DNA of 64,000 nucleotides from Penicillus capitatus (lineage: Eukaryota; Plantae; Chlorophyta): NCBI GenBank assembly GCA_965649825.1, contig OZ287712.1, positions 124,001-188,000 of the forward strand, written 5' to 3'. The position numbers were made by a program, and so were the translations under genes. Every line of letters starts with the position of its first letter. Position 1 is the stretch's first letter. The notes under the pieces were generated by a model that searched no databases, had not been told where the DNA came from, and was given only the letters and a program-made list of their open reading frames with translations. This document shows, piece after piece, positions 1-11,241 of the stretch.

Positions 1-170
1 GTGTGGGTTTGTGATCACGAGACATTCGAAGCATTAGACAAGAAATTCGTTCCGTTCTGGCAGGGTCCGTATGAAGTTACAAAGAACGTTTCAACACACA
101 TTCGCGAGGTTTGCGCAGTGATTAGAGGAAAACAATTCGAATGCACATAGATTCGCTAGAGCCATTCATT
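1..170 (+). mobile_element. Ty3/Gypsy LTR-retrotransposon integrase C-terminal relic (GPY/F region), frameshifted, cut by window edge
   Basis: Frame 1 reads VWVCDHETFEALDKKFVPFWQGPYEVTKNVSTH, matching the K-x-x-P-x-W-x-GPY motif. A shifted frame continues MHIDSLEPF, resembling the HxxxLxPF motif, then stops. Confidence 0.65.
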
Positions 171-344
171 TGATTGCGAAAATGTTGGAGTTTATAGCGC
201 AGGGTAGCGTGTGAATTGACTGCGAAGAGACATACATATACAGATGGGAATGATGTCTCCGTTTGTGAACATTTTGTAACTCCCGATCTTCCTCGTACCT
301 CGTTGACGACACCGCCCACACGAATGTACCACGCGTGGCATGAG

Positions 345-620
345 ACCGGTTGTGCTCACAGACATCCCGCTACACTGGGAGTCAGAGGACCTTCTCGAGG
401 AAATCCTGCAACAAAATGTCCCGAGCTAGAACCTCCCACAGGGATGAACAGACTCGGAGAACAGAGACCAACACATTAAGATCGGCCAAAGACTCAACCG
501 CCGAGTGGATAACGGGGAGTGGTCGCCCTCGATAGCAGTCAAACTATGGCTGAGCGAAGAACTATGGCTTCTGTTGTGGGACGATAGTAAACGTCGATCA
601 GCGCAAAAACAAACAGAGTC
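345..620 (+). mobile_element. Possible degenerate LINE ORF1-like fragment
   Basis: Stop-interrupted frame MRPVVLTDIPLHWESEDLLEEILQQNVPS*...IKIGQRLNRRVDNGEWSPSIAVKLWL followed by a QCEFC segment. The resemblance is by eye only. Confidence 0.3.
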
Positions 621-949
621 GGTTTTTCTTACAATGCGAGTTTTGCCTTCAGAACCCCCTCATCATACTCCGCAGCATGACGTTATAATGTCGTCATGCT
701 TCTTGTAATGATGTGACCTGTTCTTCCTCCTTCCTGCTTCAGCTTCAGGTCCGCGACACTTCGAATACAGAAAGACGGAGAAGCACTTCAGTTCGAATAC
801 AGGGTAGATGAGGTACGAGAATACTCTCGTGGACCTCGGAGCAACGCGCCTGAGTCGGGCACTAGGACATACCCGAAATGACAGAGCCAACAGCTCCTCG
901 TGACCTCGGAACCCCTCAAGGGATGGCAAATCAATAAGCACAACAGTCA

Positions 950-1290
950 ACATGTGCTAGACATGGTCTCGAAGTACTCATGACCGGGGACGCCTGCTGT
1001 GCATGCGGCGCTGGATCTGAAGATCGCGACCATCTACTTATGGAGTGTCCCCGTCTCTCTGAAGCTCGAAGACTCCTCGATAGAGAACTGGATGGACCGT
1101 TAACGATCGCATGCGCCTTCTCGTACCCAAAGGCGTTGTCGGACTTCGTAGAAACAATCGCATCCTAGTGGAGAGATTTAGGTCGCAAATGGGGTCTTTG
1201 ATGTAGCCTTACAATGAATGTTGGACCCTTGTCATGTGCGGATGCTCTCCCGATCTTGTCAAAAGGGAGATGTAAAATCCAATTGAACGA
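950..1290 (+). mobile_element. 5'-truncated non-LTR retrotransposon (LINE) 3' end: C-terminal CCHC zinc-knuckle, 3' UTR and A-rich tail
   Basis: ORF 980-1168 reads CCACGAGSEDRDHLLMECPRLSEARR, a LINE ORF2 C-terminal motif. The 3' UTR motif AAAAGGGAGATGTAA (1261-1275) resembles AAAAGGGGATGTAA at the end of the LINE at 7424-7437 (minus). An A-run sits at about 1290. Confidence 0.65.
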
Positions 1291-1294
1291 AAAA

Positions 1295-2040
1295 ACGTCA
1301 CACAGAACCATCCCGGCCGCGCCCTAAGAGGTGGGACACGGTAAGAACTCGCTCCGGTGTGAGGATTCCAAGGTCTTGAAATTTGTAGAAGGACTGCCGA
1401 GCCCACGGATAGAGAGGCGGCGAGGGGCGGCAACCCCCCTTCAGACTCCAAGACCCTGGACCGTTGCTGGTCGCTTACCCATCAATTTCGCTCTCGTAAC
1501 TCACCCGAGAACTCAATGGTTGCTAGAAAGCCTCAGCGGCGTGTCTTGAAGATTCAAGGCGGCAACAGGTGTGCCCTCTCCTGCGGCTGTGCGCTCCATG
1601 CGTTGCCAAACGCACGACGTTCGCTCCTTCCTTGAAACATCGGCTACTTACATGACGTGCGGCTTTCCGTCGCGTCACTGAACACTTAGACAACCGGTTC
1701 ACAAAGTGGGCATTTCACAAGGCAGGACAAATAGGGCTCAACATCTTCATCGTCCATCCGACGATCAGGATCCGTCGATACACCGTGGAGTAAAACGTAT
1801 CGAGCCCCACGTCCGACATCTCACCACATCATAGCAACGCACGTATCCTGTTCAGTGCTCCACGACCTCCTCCAACACATTCCTTCTGAACAGCCTCTAG
1901 ACACTGGTCGTGAACAAACACGGTATCGTCCGTAAAGATCATTTCATTTGGCCGTTTTCGCAACAATATGGCGAATGAGGGAAAGAAAACGACTGCGTTC
2001 TCAACGCAGCATCTGCGAATCAGCGGGCAGAGAATGTCTT
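1295..2040 (+). repeat. Diverged inverted duplicate of 6190-6935 (hairpin element, upstream region and frameshifted first exon of the coiled-coil gene)
   Basis: Colinear blocks are shared with the reverse complement of 6190-6935, e.g. cacagaacca, ctcgctccggtgtgagg, aacatcttcatcgtccat and tgttcagtgctc. ATGGCGAATGAGGGAAAG aligns to ATGCCGGACGAAGAGAAG with a 1-nt indel. Confidence 0.85.
1340..1646 (-). ncRNA. Second copy of the structured RNA candidate; T-run degraded
   Basis: Arms 1428-1460 and 1367-1399 pair on the minus strand as 24 Watson-Crick pairs, 7 G-U pairs and 2 mismatches. 19 nt of the loop are identical to the 6.8 kb copy. Confidence 0.45.
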
Positions 2041-2341
2041 TCCGACTTGCAGAAGATGGCAATATCCGCTGTGGAGACGACATAACCGTCCATCTTTGAC
2101 AGCATCTGACAAGACGAAAGTTGCTTGTCGCGCGCATCAAGTAAATGCCTTATCCTGCAGAACGTCTGTGCATCGCCGCCGCCCATGTCCCAGCGTTCAA
2201 CGCCGTGTCCCTGCGCGTCCTGCTTCATGGTGCAGCGTCAGTCACATCAGATCCCTGACCACCCTGAACGATGCCTCACGCAAAGATGCCACTGGATTTA
2301 GCATCAAGAGCGCATAATCGGTCTTTGATGCAATAGGCGAA

Positions 2342-3429
2342 ATGCAGAAAACGAAATGCCCTTTCCATACCCAGCTGTGTCGAACGATGTTGCTCGTGTT
2401 ATTCTGTGCGGCATGGCGCAGCCAGTCTTCTCTGGACGCGGCTCCCCGAGATCTGTGGGCCGTCCTGCGCGAAAACTCGCTTTTTCGTCACGACTCTTTT
2501 GAACCTCTCGTCGTCAGTATCAGCTTTCTCTTTTCCATGGGATTCTACTACGTTCTGGACATGTGGGTCCCTTCTGCAAAGAAATGGAGAATTCAAAAGA
2601 GCCACACGGACATGAAGGCCTGGAAACTCGAACGTGGCAGCAGGTCGATGACAACATTCTGACACCGACAGCTCGGCGGTCAGTGCCAGGTCTGTCTGAC
2701 GTCCCGATGCCGTTTTAGGTTCAAGAACGAAATTGTGTGGTACTGGGTGCCCATCGCCCTTTTTGATTTCGTCTATCCTCGTCGCACACTGCCACTGACG
2801 GCGCCATCTTTCTGGCAACTCATCTTGGAAATCGTGGCATCGCTGATCGTCTACGACGCTTTCTTCTTCTGCTTTCACCTCGCCTTCCATAAGGTAGCGA
2901 CCATTGCTGCCGACGTGACGGCTATGCATGCGAGGTATTGCGACAGGTGCCATTCCTGTACAGCAGATTTCATGCCAAGCACCACACGAAGAAAGTCGTT
3001 CGTGCTTGTGAGGCCATGCGATTGAGTCTTGTCGAAGAAGTGAATGGCGCCGTGACGCGATCTACGTGCGAATAATCGCTGTCTGCCGTGCAGGTGGTGG
3101 ACGTGGGCTGTTCGATTACTGCCATCAACCTGCTGCATTGCCATCCGATGTCACGTGCCCTGTACAACGCATGCATCGTATACTTGATCACAGAACTACA
3201 CTCTGGTCGCGATCTGTGGCGATTCTGTGAGAGATGCTGATAGTCTCGGTTTCTAGGGTATGACTTTCCATGGATGCTGCAGAATGTCGTTCCGTTCGGT
3301 TTGTGGGCAGGCAGTCGAAGACACGACCACCACCATCAGTTCGGAACGCGCTATTACCAGAAATTCTTTACATACCTCGATGATGCGTGCAGCCAGTTTT
3401 CTTCCGCGCTCGACGCATCTTTTGGCTGA
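2342..3429 (+). CDS. Fatty-acid hydroxylase / sterol desaturase superfamily protein (CH25H/ERG25-like), multi-exon
   Basis: His-box motifs FHLAFHK, HAKHH, ELHSG and RHDHHH, plus YDFPW and YYQKFFTYLD, spread across short GT-AG introns. Confidence 0.85.
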
Positions 3430-3699
3430 GGAGCCAATACACATTCTTTGTCTCGCAAATTTTTGTCGGAGTACCTGAAAGTGGATGTGGGTGATTTTTT
3501 GGCCGTTTTTTGTCTTTCCGTTCTCCTCGATGAGCTGTCGATCCATCTCACAGGAGAATATGTGATGTGGCAGCTCGCGCAATTCGAGAAAAGCTCCTCT
3601 TGGACGTTACAAGGAGGTCATTGGTCTTACAGAAGAGGAGACGCTTTAACGACACCTATGAGTTTGAGAACGCGGCCTCGTCCGTCTGAAACTCACGCC

Positions 3700-6261
3700 T
3701 CCCCAGCTGGCTGTTGGAGATTGCGGCTCAGCTCGTGTTGTATGCTGGTGACTTCACGCATCCATCCCTGAACCTAGAGGCAGTGCCACTCCAACTGATC
3801 ATCTGTGCTCTCGGGAGCTCGCCTTCTCTTCCCATGCTGCAAGTCGCTGTTGCTGCCGTTCGAGCGCATCTCTGGATGGCAGAAGATCGTTCCTGTCTCG
3901 GGCGGTTCTGGCAGCGGTCGATATTGAATCTGTTTTCTCTCTCATGTCCTGCAGGTCTGTCTCCAGTTTTGAGAGTGCTGTCCGCTGGCGTCGCTGCAGC
4001 TGTGGACATAGAGGGGGTTTGTAGTCAGAACAGGCATACGATGCGGGAATCTACCTCTCCATTCGCGTTAGATTGCATCCTCATGTCTTCGACGATGTGC
4101 GTACGACGCTGAAGCGTTCCTTCTCCACTGGTGATGTTTTCCATCAGACTCTGTGCCATGGTTTGGACTTGACGTTTATGTTTGGATGTGTGTGCAGAGG
4201 ACTGAGAGGCTCGTTGAGATCGCAGAGTGCCGGAGAATCGAGAAGAGCGCGAGCATGAAGAGGGGGAGCGCTCACGCGCAGATCCTCCCCCGAGATCTGT
4301 GGACACTGTCGGGTTTGGAAGTTGCAGTGGAGAACCTTGCTCCTTTCTCTGCCTCGAGCCCCTCTCCAGAGCCAAAGAAGCAGCAGTATCGTTTCGAGCG
4401 GAGGGAGCCATCGGCTGGGCGTTTGATACGATCTGCCTAGCCTGTTCCGTTGCCGAATTGATGATGTTCCTCGCTTGCGTCTCAGAATCACGCAAGAGAG
4501 CTTCCTTTCTCTAAACGGGCAGGCGGCACATTCAGGGCGAACAATCAGTGCAGAACCATACGTGCACATTGTTCTGGAGATCGCATAGTTTTGCAGCTTC
4601 GTTTGTCAGATCAGCGCTTTTTTGCTTCAGTGTTTCTTTCAAGCACTCTAGATCCTCTTCTGCTCTCTCCAGACGTCGAGTGCGTTCCTCCAGAAGAGAT
4701 GCCGTTTCCCTTAGACTCGACTTCTCTGTTGTCAAGTTATCTTGTTGCAGTTTGATCTTCCTGTATTCCAGTTCAGTTTGCTGTCTCTGCTTCTCCAACG
4801 CTTTCTGAAGACAATGGCAATCCGCTGGCAGCAGAATTCGAATGGCACACACGAGTCTACTTTCTCTTCTTCGATACTGTTCATCAAAGACATCTCGTTA
4901 ACCTTGAAGGCTCTTTCGTTCTGTTTCAATTCTTCTTCCTTGCGTCGAGCGAGTTTCTGCACGTTTATCCTTTTGGATTCCAGCTCTGTCTCTCGCGACT
5001 GGATCTGTGCATTTGCCGTCTCCAGTTCGAATTGCTGCTGTTTTGAGGCGAATTTTTCAAAACTCCCGATGCGCATGCCATCAGAGAGTATACTCCGCCG
5101 CTTCTTCGAGCGAGGATCGACGCAGTCCTGCTTTGACGGAGATCGCAGAGGCTGTTCATGCCGAGCGGATGCACGAGCATCCAAACCAGGTTCATCCTGC
5201 CCGTTCTGCGTTGTTTCGCCGGTCGCTCGACGGACGTCAAGTCGCGACCCGATCTCAAAGATGCGTCCGACATGTGCGTCGGACTCGTCGTGCTCTCGCC
5301 GCTCAACGAGTGATTTGGACCATGCCTCCTCGCCCTCGTTGGGACGTCGTCGCTGATGGATCGCATCTCCACATCTGCAGACACGTGCGTTGACGCAACG
5401 ACACAGGGACGAGGAGAGGGACCCCTGTCGGTCTCCGGTGCCACCTTCTGGTCTCTGCTGTCCGATGCGTGAGTGATCGCGACGTCGAGACTGGAATTGA
5501 CCGATTCCATCCGGTTGAACGCCTGATCCTTCCAAAAGCTGTCATCCACAAATCCAGGGGAGACCTGCTCGGCCCGCATGGTTTTTACGTAGTTCTGCCA
5601 CACCGTCACTTCTTGTCTTAACAACCATAAAGAGAGGTGTACTTCGATATGACTACGGTTTGGTTATAGGTCTTGGCATAGATGCTGGTTTCATGACGGC
5701 TCGCAGCTTCCACCGCTGCACTCCTCAGCGCCTCGTTCTTTTCGATCTCCTGCATCACTCACCCGCATTCAAGGAGCGCCTTATGCGTGTCTGTTTGCCT
5801 GGATCCACTCGTTCTTTCCTTCGAGTTGCCTCCTCTGAAGCAGCAGACAGAGGTACTTCGCCGAGAGCTGATTCATCTCCGTCTGCCTTGCGATCTTCGG
5901 AACCTTTTGGCCAATCCTGTACCGTATGTAAGGACGCTCGACCGGCGGAATGGACTCGAACAGCTCCTTGTCTGCGGCGACAGAAATCGAATCGCCAGGG
6001 CGACCTAGTTGTGCAGTACCGCTGAGTGGAGGTTTTGAAACGGAAGGCGTCTGCTTGCCCTTAGCGTGGCGACTTGACGGTTCGAGAAGGCATAGGAGCG
6101 GAAGGCGGTGGCTTGAACTCGTAGTCATCGTCGATACAGCTGAGAGCGGCCAATACCAGTTCCCTCCCGTTTTTTCCAAACCTCGGTGCCGCTCTGCAGG
6201 ACTCGGCCAGCTTCGTCAGCGTATGCAGGACGCAATCTTCTTCCTTCTCTTCGTCCGGCAT
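3700..6261 (-). CDS. Hypothetical coiled-coil protein, multi-exon; 3' end may extend to about 3350
   Basis: E/K/Q-rich helical exons such as LEKQRQQTELEYRKIKLQQDNLTTEK and QFELETANAQIQSRETELESK, joined by plausible short introns. No family was recognised and the start is uncertain. Confidence 0.6.
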
Positions 6262-6935
6262 ATCGTCGCGAGAACGTTAAAATGAAAAGACCTGTCACGG
6301 ACGAGAGCGTGTATGTTCGCGACCGTGCGTCTCGAGGCCGTTCGCAGCTGTTGTGTTCGGGATCTGAGCACTGAACAGTGCACGTGCGTTCTTCTTATGA
6401 TGCGATGAGAAGTCGGCGGCCTATTCGATGCGGTTCAAGCTCGGTGTCTTGACGGATGCTGACCGTCGAATGGACGATGAAGATGTTGATCCGTGTCTGT
6501 TTCGCCCTGCGAGCCGCGAACTTCGTGCAACGGTTGTCTAACCGTTCAGCGACGAGCACCACACGTCATATACGGCTCCGATGTTTCATGGCAGGATCGA
6601 ACGTCGTGTGTTTGACGACGCATGGATCGCACAACCCTAAGAAAGGTTAACCTGCCGCCGTCTCGAATCTGCAAGACACGCCGTTAAGGTTTATCGGGCA
6701 AAGACTGAGTGTTTGGGCGCATTCGAGCGAAAGTGATGGGCGGCGACCAGTAGCGCTCCAGGGTCTTGAAGTTTGGAAGAGGGTTGCCGCGCCTTGCCGC
6801 CTCTCTATCCGTGGGCCCGGCGACCCTTCTCCAAACTTCAAGGCTTTGGAAACCTCACACCGAAGCGAGCTTTTTTTGTGGTTTACCTCTGAAGGCACTG
6901 TCAGGGTGGTTCTGTGCCACGTTGACGCGTCGTCG
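6190..6935 (-). repeat. Partner of the inverted duplication at 1295-2040
   Basis: Direct by-eye alignment of its reverse complement to 1295-2040. Confidence 0.85.
6573..6877 (+). ncRNA. Candidate structured non-coding RNA, possibly a Pol III transcript, family unassigned
   Basis: 33-bp helix 6757-6789/6818-6850 with 27 Watson-Crick pairs, 5 G-U pairs and 1 mismatch on the + strand. A small stem cgtcgt/acgacg lies near 6602-6620 and a T7 run at 6871-6877. The 5' boundary is inferred from possible 5'-3' pairing. Confidence 0.5.
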
Positions 6936-7419
6936 CGTGTGATGTCTGCATGCACCAACTTGGTTTCAACAAAAAAGGTTTCAAGGTTGCGCAGAGGTCA
7001 CCGGATAGATAGGGGCTAATGTCAAAAAAATCGGCAACGTGATTGAATCGTTCGACCGTCGGAATTCTTGTACGGCTACCGAAAGCTACGCGAATCGTAT
7101 AAACACCGTTCACTAATTTCTCAGTGGCAGACTCTTCTTGTTGTGCATTTATGTGATTTTAAACGACATATATGAAAGACCGCACAAACAAACTTGTACC
7201 ACGTGCGTATCACTCCCATCTCCACGTTTGGTTGGTCCTTGATTTGGTAATGGCTGAGTAGGCCAAAAATTTCTTGAAAAACGTTCCAAATGGTCGACTC
7301 GAAAAGGCATTGATTGGTATGGGGCATGTATTGTCATGCTGTTCTTGAAGGTGCCACACACGTTAGCGTGCTTTAGCGATTAGGCTCTTACACTCCTCAC
7401 ATGGATAATAAAGTTGGTG

Positions 7420-8720
7420 GCGCTTACATCCCCTTTTAAAGTGAAATATTAGAGGAGGTGTCGGGACCTTGTTTAGCAGCACATCAATAGTTCTTGTTCA
7501 CGGTATCAGCACCATCTTCTCCTTTGGTAGTTCCAATCTAGGGCGATGTTGTCAAGGAATGCCGCCAACGGGTGAGGGGCGTTCCAGAGGGGGTGAGTTT
7601 GTTCTTCTCTTTGTAGTTCCTTCTAGTAAGTCCTTCTGCTTCTATCAAATCGGGTGCAGGAGTAGAGTAGGTGATCTCTACCATCATCTCATTGGTCACA
7701 AGCACAGGTTGCGTCTTCGTCTGTGAGATTGAATCGCTTGAGTTACCACTTCGAGGGGAAATGGTTTGCTAAGAATTGATTGATCCGGGAGGCATTGATG
7801 CGCTGAAGTCTTCGCGAGGGGAAGTGTCCTTTGCCTGTTGGCGGATGCAGGTCTAATACCGCACGTCCTTTGTCCGCAGTCGCCTGTTGGTCATGGGCCT
7901 GACAATTTAGTAGGAAGCTGATGTGCCTCTTGCACCAACCGAGATCAGTGTAGGTGGCTTTTTCCGGTCGGGACCGGTCCTGGGTCATGAGCTGCTCTGC
8001 AGCTCGCTTGGTAGGAACTTCTCCTTGCAGCTCAGTTCTGTGTACGCCAATTGACTCTGTTTCCTTCAAGTCGCCAGTTGATCCATCTTTTTCGGATGTA
8101 ATGCATGGAATCTGCAGGGCTGCATTGACTCCAAGTATAAACAGAAGGGAGCTGAGCGGTGATCCCTGCGGAACCCCAACTGAGGTGTCTGTGATGTGAC
8201 TTTGTCCGTTTATTTGCAATGCCGCTGTTCGCTGTTTGAAAAAATATTGACACCAGCGTCGCAGGTACACCGGGATTTCCAGTCAATTGAGGGTGTCAAC
8301 TAGATAAGGTCTGCTGATGGAGTCAAAAGCTGCCTTTAAGTAGAGCGTGACCCCATAGACGACGGATCCTGTCTCGGTCTGTTCTTTAATCTATTCCGTT
8401 GCCGTTAGTAATACATCTGTCGTGCTCCGATTGGGTCTAAATCCGTGCTGGCGTTTGTCAAGCACTTGAGTGTGCTCGGCCAAGTACTTGAGGCGGTTGG
8501 CCACCAGCTTTTCCATGCCTTTCGCTATAGTGTTTAAGAGGCCGATTGGCCTCAATGTTCATACATTCGATTTCATCCGCGGTTGAGACGCGTTGTGTGA
8601 CTCATGCGTGTCAAACATGCCTCTGGCTCAACCATCGTCTCCTTTTCGTAGTATTCTGCACTGCCCACTTACTACATATTCGTCAAAAGAATCGCAGCCC
8701 ACTTATGAACCTTTCCATCG
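7420..8720 (-). mobile_element. Degenerate, 5'-truncated and internally deleted LINE (RT domain plus C-terminal CCHC)
   Basis: RT motifs LRPIGLLNTIAKGMEKLVANRL, QHGFRPNRSTTD, LKAAFDSI and GVPQGSPLSSLLF. The C-terminus reads TCACDQ*DDGRDHLLYSCTRF. There are several in-frame stops. Confidence 0.9.
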
Positions 8721-8908
8721 TCAGAGTCAATCTCATGGGTTTTCCTATTCTCAACTACCGTTAAGACGTTCGAGGAACATGGGAGTCGGTGCTCAACAAG
8801 AGATGTCATTACAAGCATGTAAGCAGGTAAAGGGAAGAGCGAAGGCGGCGCTTATGAATCCGAGCAGAGAAACCACGACCGCAGCGTTTCGAGATCCGAA
8901 TGTCATTT

Positions 8909-11197
8909 CTACCACGGAGAGCCTGTCCAATCGCGAGACGTCTCGCTGCCAAGGGATCCGCGGAGATAAGGACCGCCCGTGATGATCTCTCCTCTCTGCT
9001 TCATCTTTCGAAACCTCTTGAGATCCACTTTGACGAATGGCACCGTCTCCGCCTTGAAATGGTTGGCCACATTGGCGGTGCCCTTGAAAGTGTGATACGG
9101 TGCGGTCACCCCAAAGAGCAGCTTCCTGTCGATCGTCATGGCCACGTAGAGCGTTCCGCGCAGCTTAAGTTGCCCGAGGACGGACGGGACAAGGGACTGA
9201 ATGGTGGCGTCCGGAGGAAATCTCGACCAGTAGCGATGCAGAGCGGTGGCTTTGTTGACGGCTCTGAGGTACTGAACGTGATCGTGCTGCGCATACTTCG
9301 CAGCTTGGGTCCTCTCCAGTGCCCTCTCACACCAGACACTCGCGGACGAGGGATCCACATTCCTCGCAACTGGAGCCGACGTCGAGTAGCGTCGAACGCC
9401 CGTTCCTCCGTACGGAGGGTGGCCCGTGGGGCGAAAGCGGTTGCCATCGAATCTGCGCACCCGTTCTTCGCGTCTCTGTTGCTCCTCCCTGGACATCAGT
9501 CCCCCCGTCACGAGACCGTTCGCGGGAGATGGCCGACAGCACTCACTGTCTGAGGTCCGACAAGAAATCGCCGTCCTGTGCTTCGACATCGAACTCCGAG
9601 GACATCCGTCTCCACGAGTCCTCTGCCTTCGACGGCGCAGCCGACGACATTGGATCGTGTCTGGGAACCACATGGACCCTCTCCGCCGGCTTCTCGGATC
9701 TCCTCTTCTCCCTCGGTGGACTCTCCCGTGCCGGTGGAGGGGGTCCTTTCAACGGCGTATCCCTCAGAGCATTCTCGTAGTGCTGTTTGCCGCGAGGGGG
9801 AAAGTCGTTGATCCACTCGTGCTCTCTGTTAAGCGACTTGAGCATCTTGCGCCCTCCGGATGTCGATCGCAGCTTCCTCATGTTCTCTTCGTGCTCGTCG
9901 GCGATCTCCTTCTGCCGTCTCGGATCTTCTGCGTGGGGAACCTCGACGTCGTCCGATTCGTAGAAGTCGTCTTCCTGTATCTGACGCTGCGCCTCCTCCT
10001 CGATCAACTCCGCCGTCATCGGCATGGACTGTTTTCCGCTTCTGGGGCGATCGTAATCCCGCATCATCGCGGACACGTCCGCCAGTTCCTCCAGTTCCTC
10101 GTCTCCTTCTCGGATCATGCGCTCCTCGTCCCAATCCGAATCCCGATCCTCTTCCGAACTGATCTCTTTCTCCGTCAAGAACTCGTCGGCCGAGAAGCCT
10201 CTGTCGGCCGTCGACAGCTTTTCGTCCGATCTCTTCTCGAAGCGCTTCTTGAACGTGTCGGGGTGGATGCCGATCTCGGGATCCGGTTCGCGGAAATCGA
10301 CCTTCTTCGCCTCGCTCCTCCCCTGCTGCTTTCCTCTCCCCGGTCGCGTGATCTTTGCGGCCGCGTTCGGATCGACGAAGAGCGGACTCCCTTTTCGCTG
10401 CAGATTCCTGAACTTCTTGTCTTCCGTTTCCTCGTCCGTATCGTCGTCGCGGTCAAACCTCCGTCCTCTCTGGTTTCTCCCCGCGGGTTGTCTGTTTCTC
10501 CCCCTCTGACCGAAGACCTCGTTGAACTCGCGTTCGTCTTCTTCCGAATCTGTCTCGCTCTCTTCGGCAAACGACGGATCCGAATCGGCCCGAGACGCCC
10601 TTCGGCCCCTTCCACGGGGACGCAGCTCGTTGCCTTTGTCGTCGTAGTCTCCATCCTCGTCATTCCCTCCGCCAAAGTAGATGTCCTCGTCATCCGTGTC
10701 CGTGAAGTCTGCGTAGAGTGCCGCCTCCGGATCGGTTGCGGCGGGCATCTCGTTATCCTTGTAGCTCTCCCTGGGATCTCTAGTCACACAACAGGACTCT
10801 CAAATGCACCAAGGGGTCGTCATGTCGGGATCCACCGTCCGAATCCTCCTCTGACCGGATCGAAGAACTCGATGTCTCTTCGACGTCCGTCGATCAGCGT
10901 CTGCTTCTGTCCATACTTGTTCCGAGCGTGATAGTACTTCAGCTCGTCGAAATGCTTCGCCGGTCTGCCTTCCAGACCAAAGGGACTCTTCTTGTACCCA
11001 ACGATCTCCTCCTTGCGACGCAACGCGTACTGCGAGCGTTTGCCCGGTCCCTTCTTCCTTCCGCCGAAACGGCGGGTTAGCAGTGCAGGGATCGACACAG
11101 TGTCGTCCCACGCGCCGAGGGGCGACGCGGCGACAACACTGCACAGAATCGAACGCCGCCTGGACTGGAGGACGTCCGTCCGCAGCAATCGAAACAT
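8909..11197 (-). CDS. Hypothetical protein with long acidic low-complexity region, likely mitochondrion-targeted, at least 3 exons
   Basis: R/L/S-rich N-terminus (MFRLLRTDVLQSRRRS...RRFGGRKK), a 414-codon D/E-rich exon, and in-frame GT-AG joins near 10785-10840 and 9490-9545. Confidence 0.65.
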
Positions 11198-11241
11198 CTA
11201 TCTGAACGCGTCGTACGACAATCCCGTCCTCCCTTTCAACC

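Noticed and set aside
760-805. TTCGAATACAG direct repeat with a B-box-like GTTCGAAT as a tRNA-derived SINE
   Set aside because: There is no correctly spaced A box and no cloverleaf.
1690-1800. Fanzor/TnpB C-terminus plus omega-RNA interpretation of the duplicated hairpin region (KCPLC motif)
   Set aside because: The CxxC is not conserved in the second copy, no RuvC motifs are present, and no transposon ends were found.
6690-6745. Hammerhead or C/D snoRNA reading of CTGAG...GCGAAA/GTGATG
   Set aside because: The hammerhead core CUGANGA is absent in both copies, and there is no terminal box D in a suitable position.
6935-7400. AT-rich spacer with short ORFs as a possible DNA transposase relic
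   Set aside because: No DDE motif, TIR or TSD could be identified.
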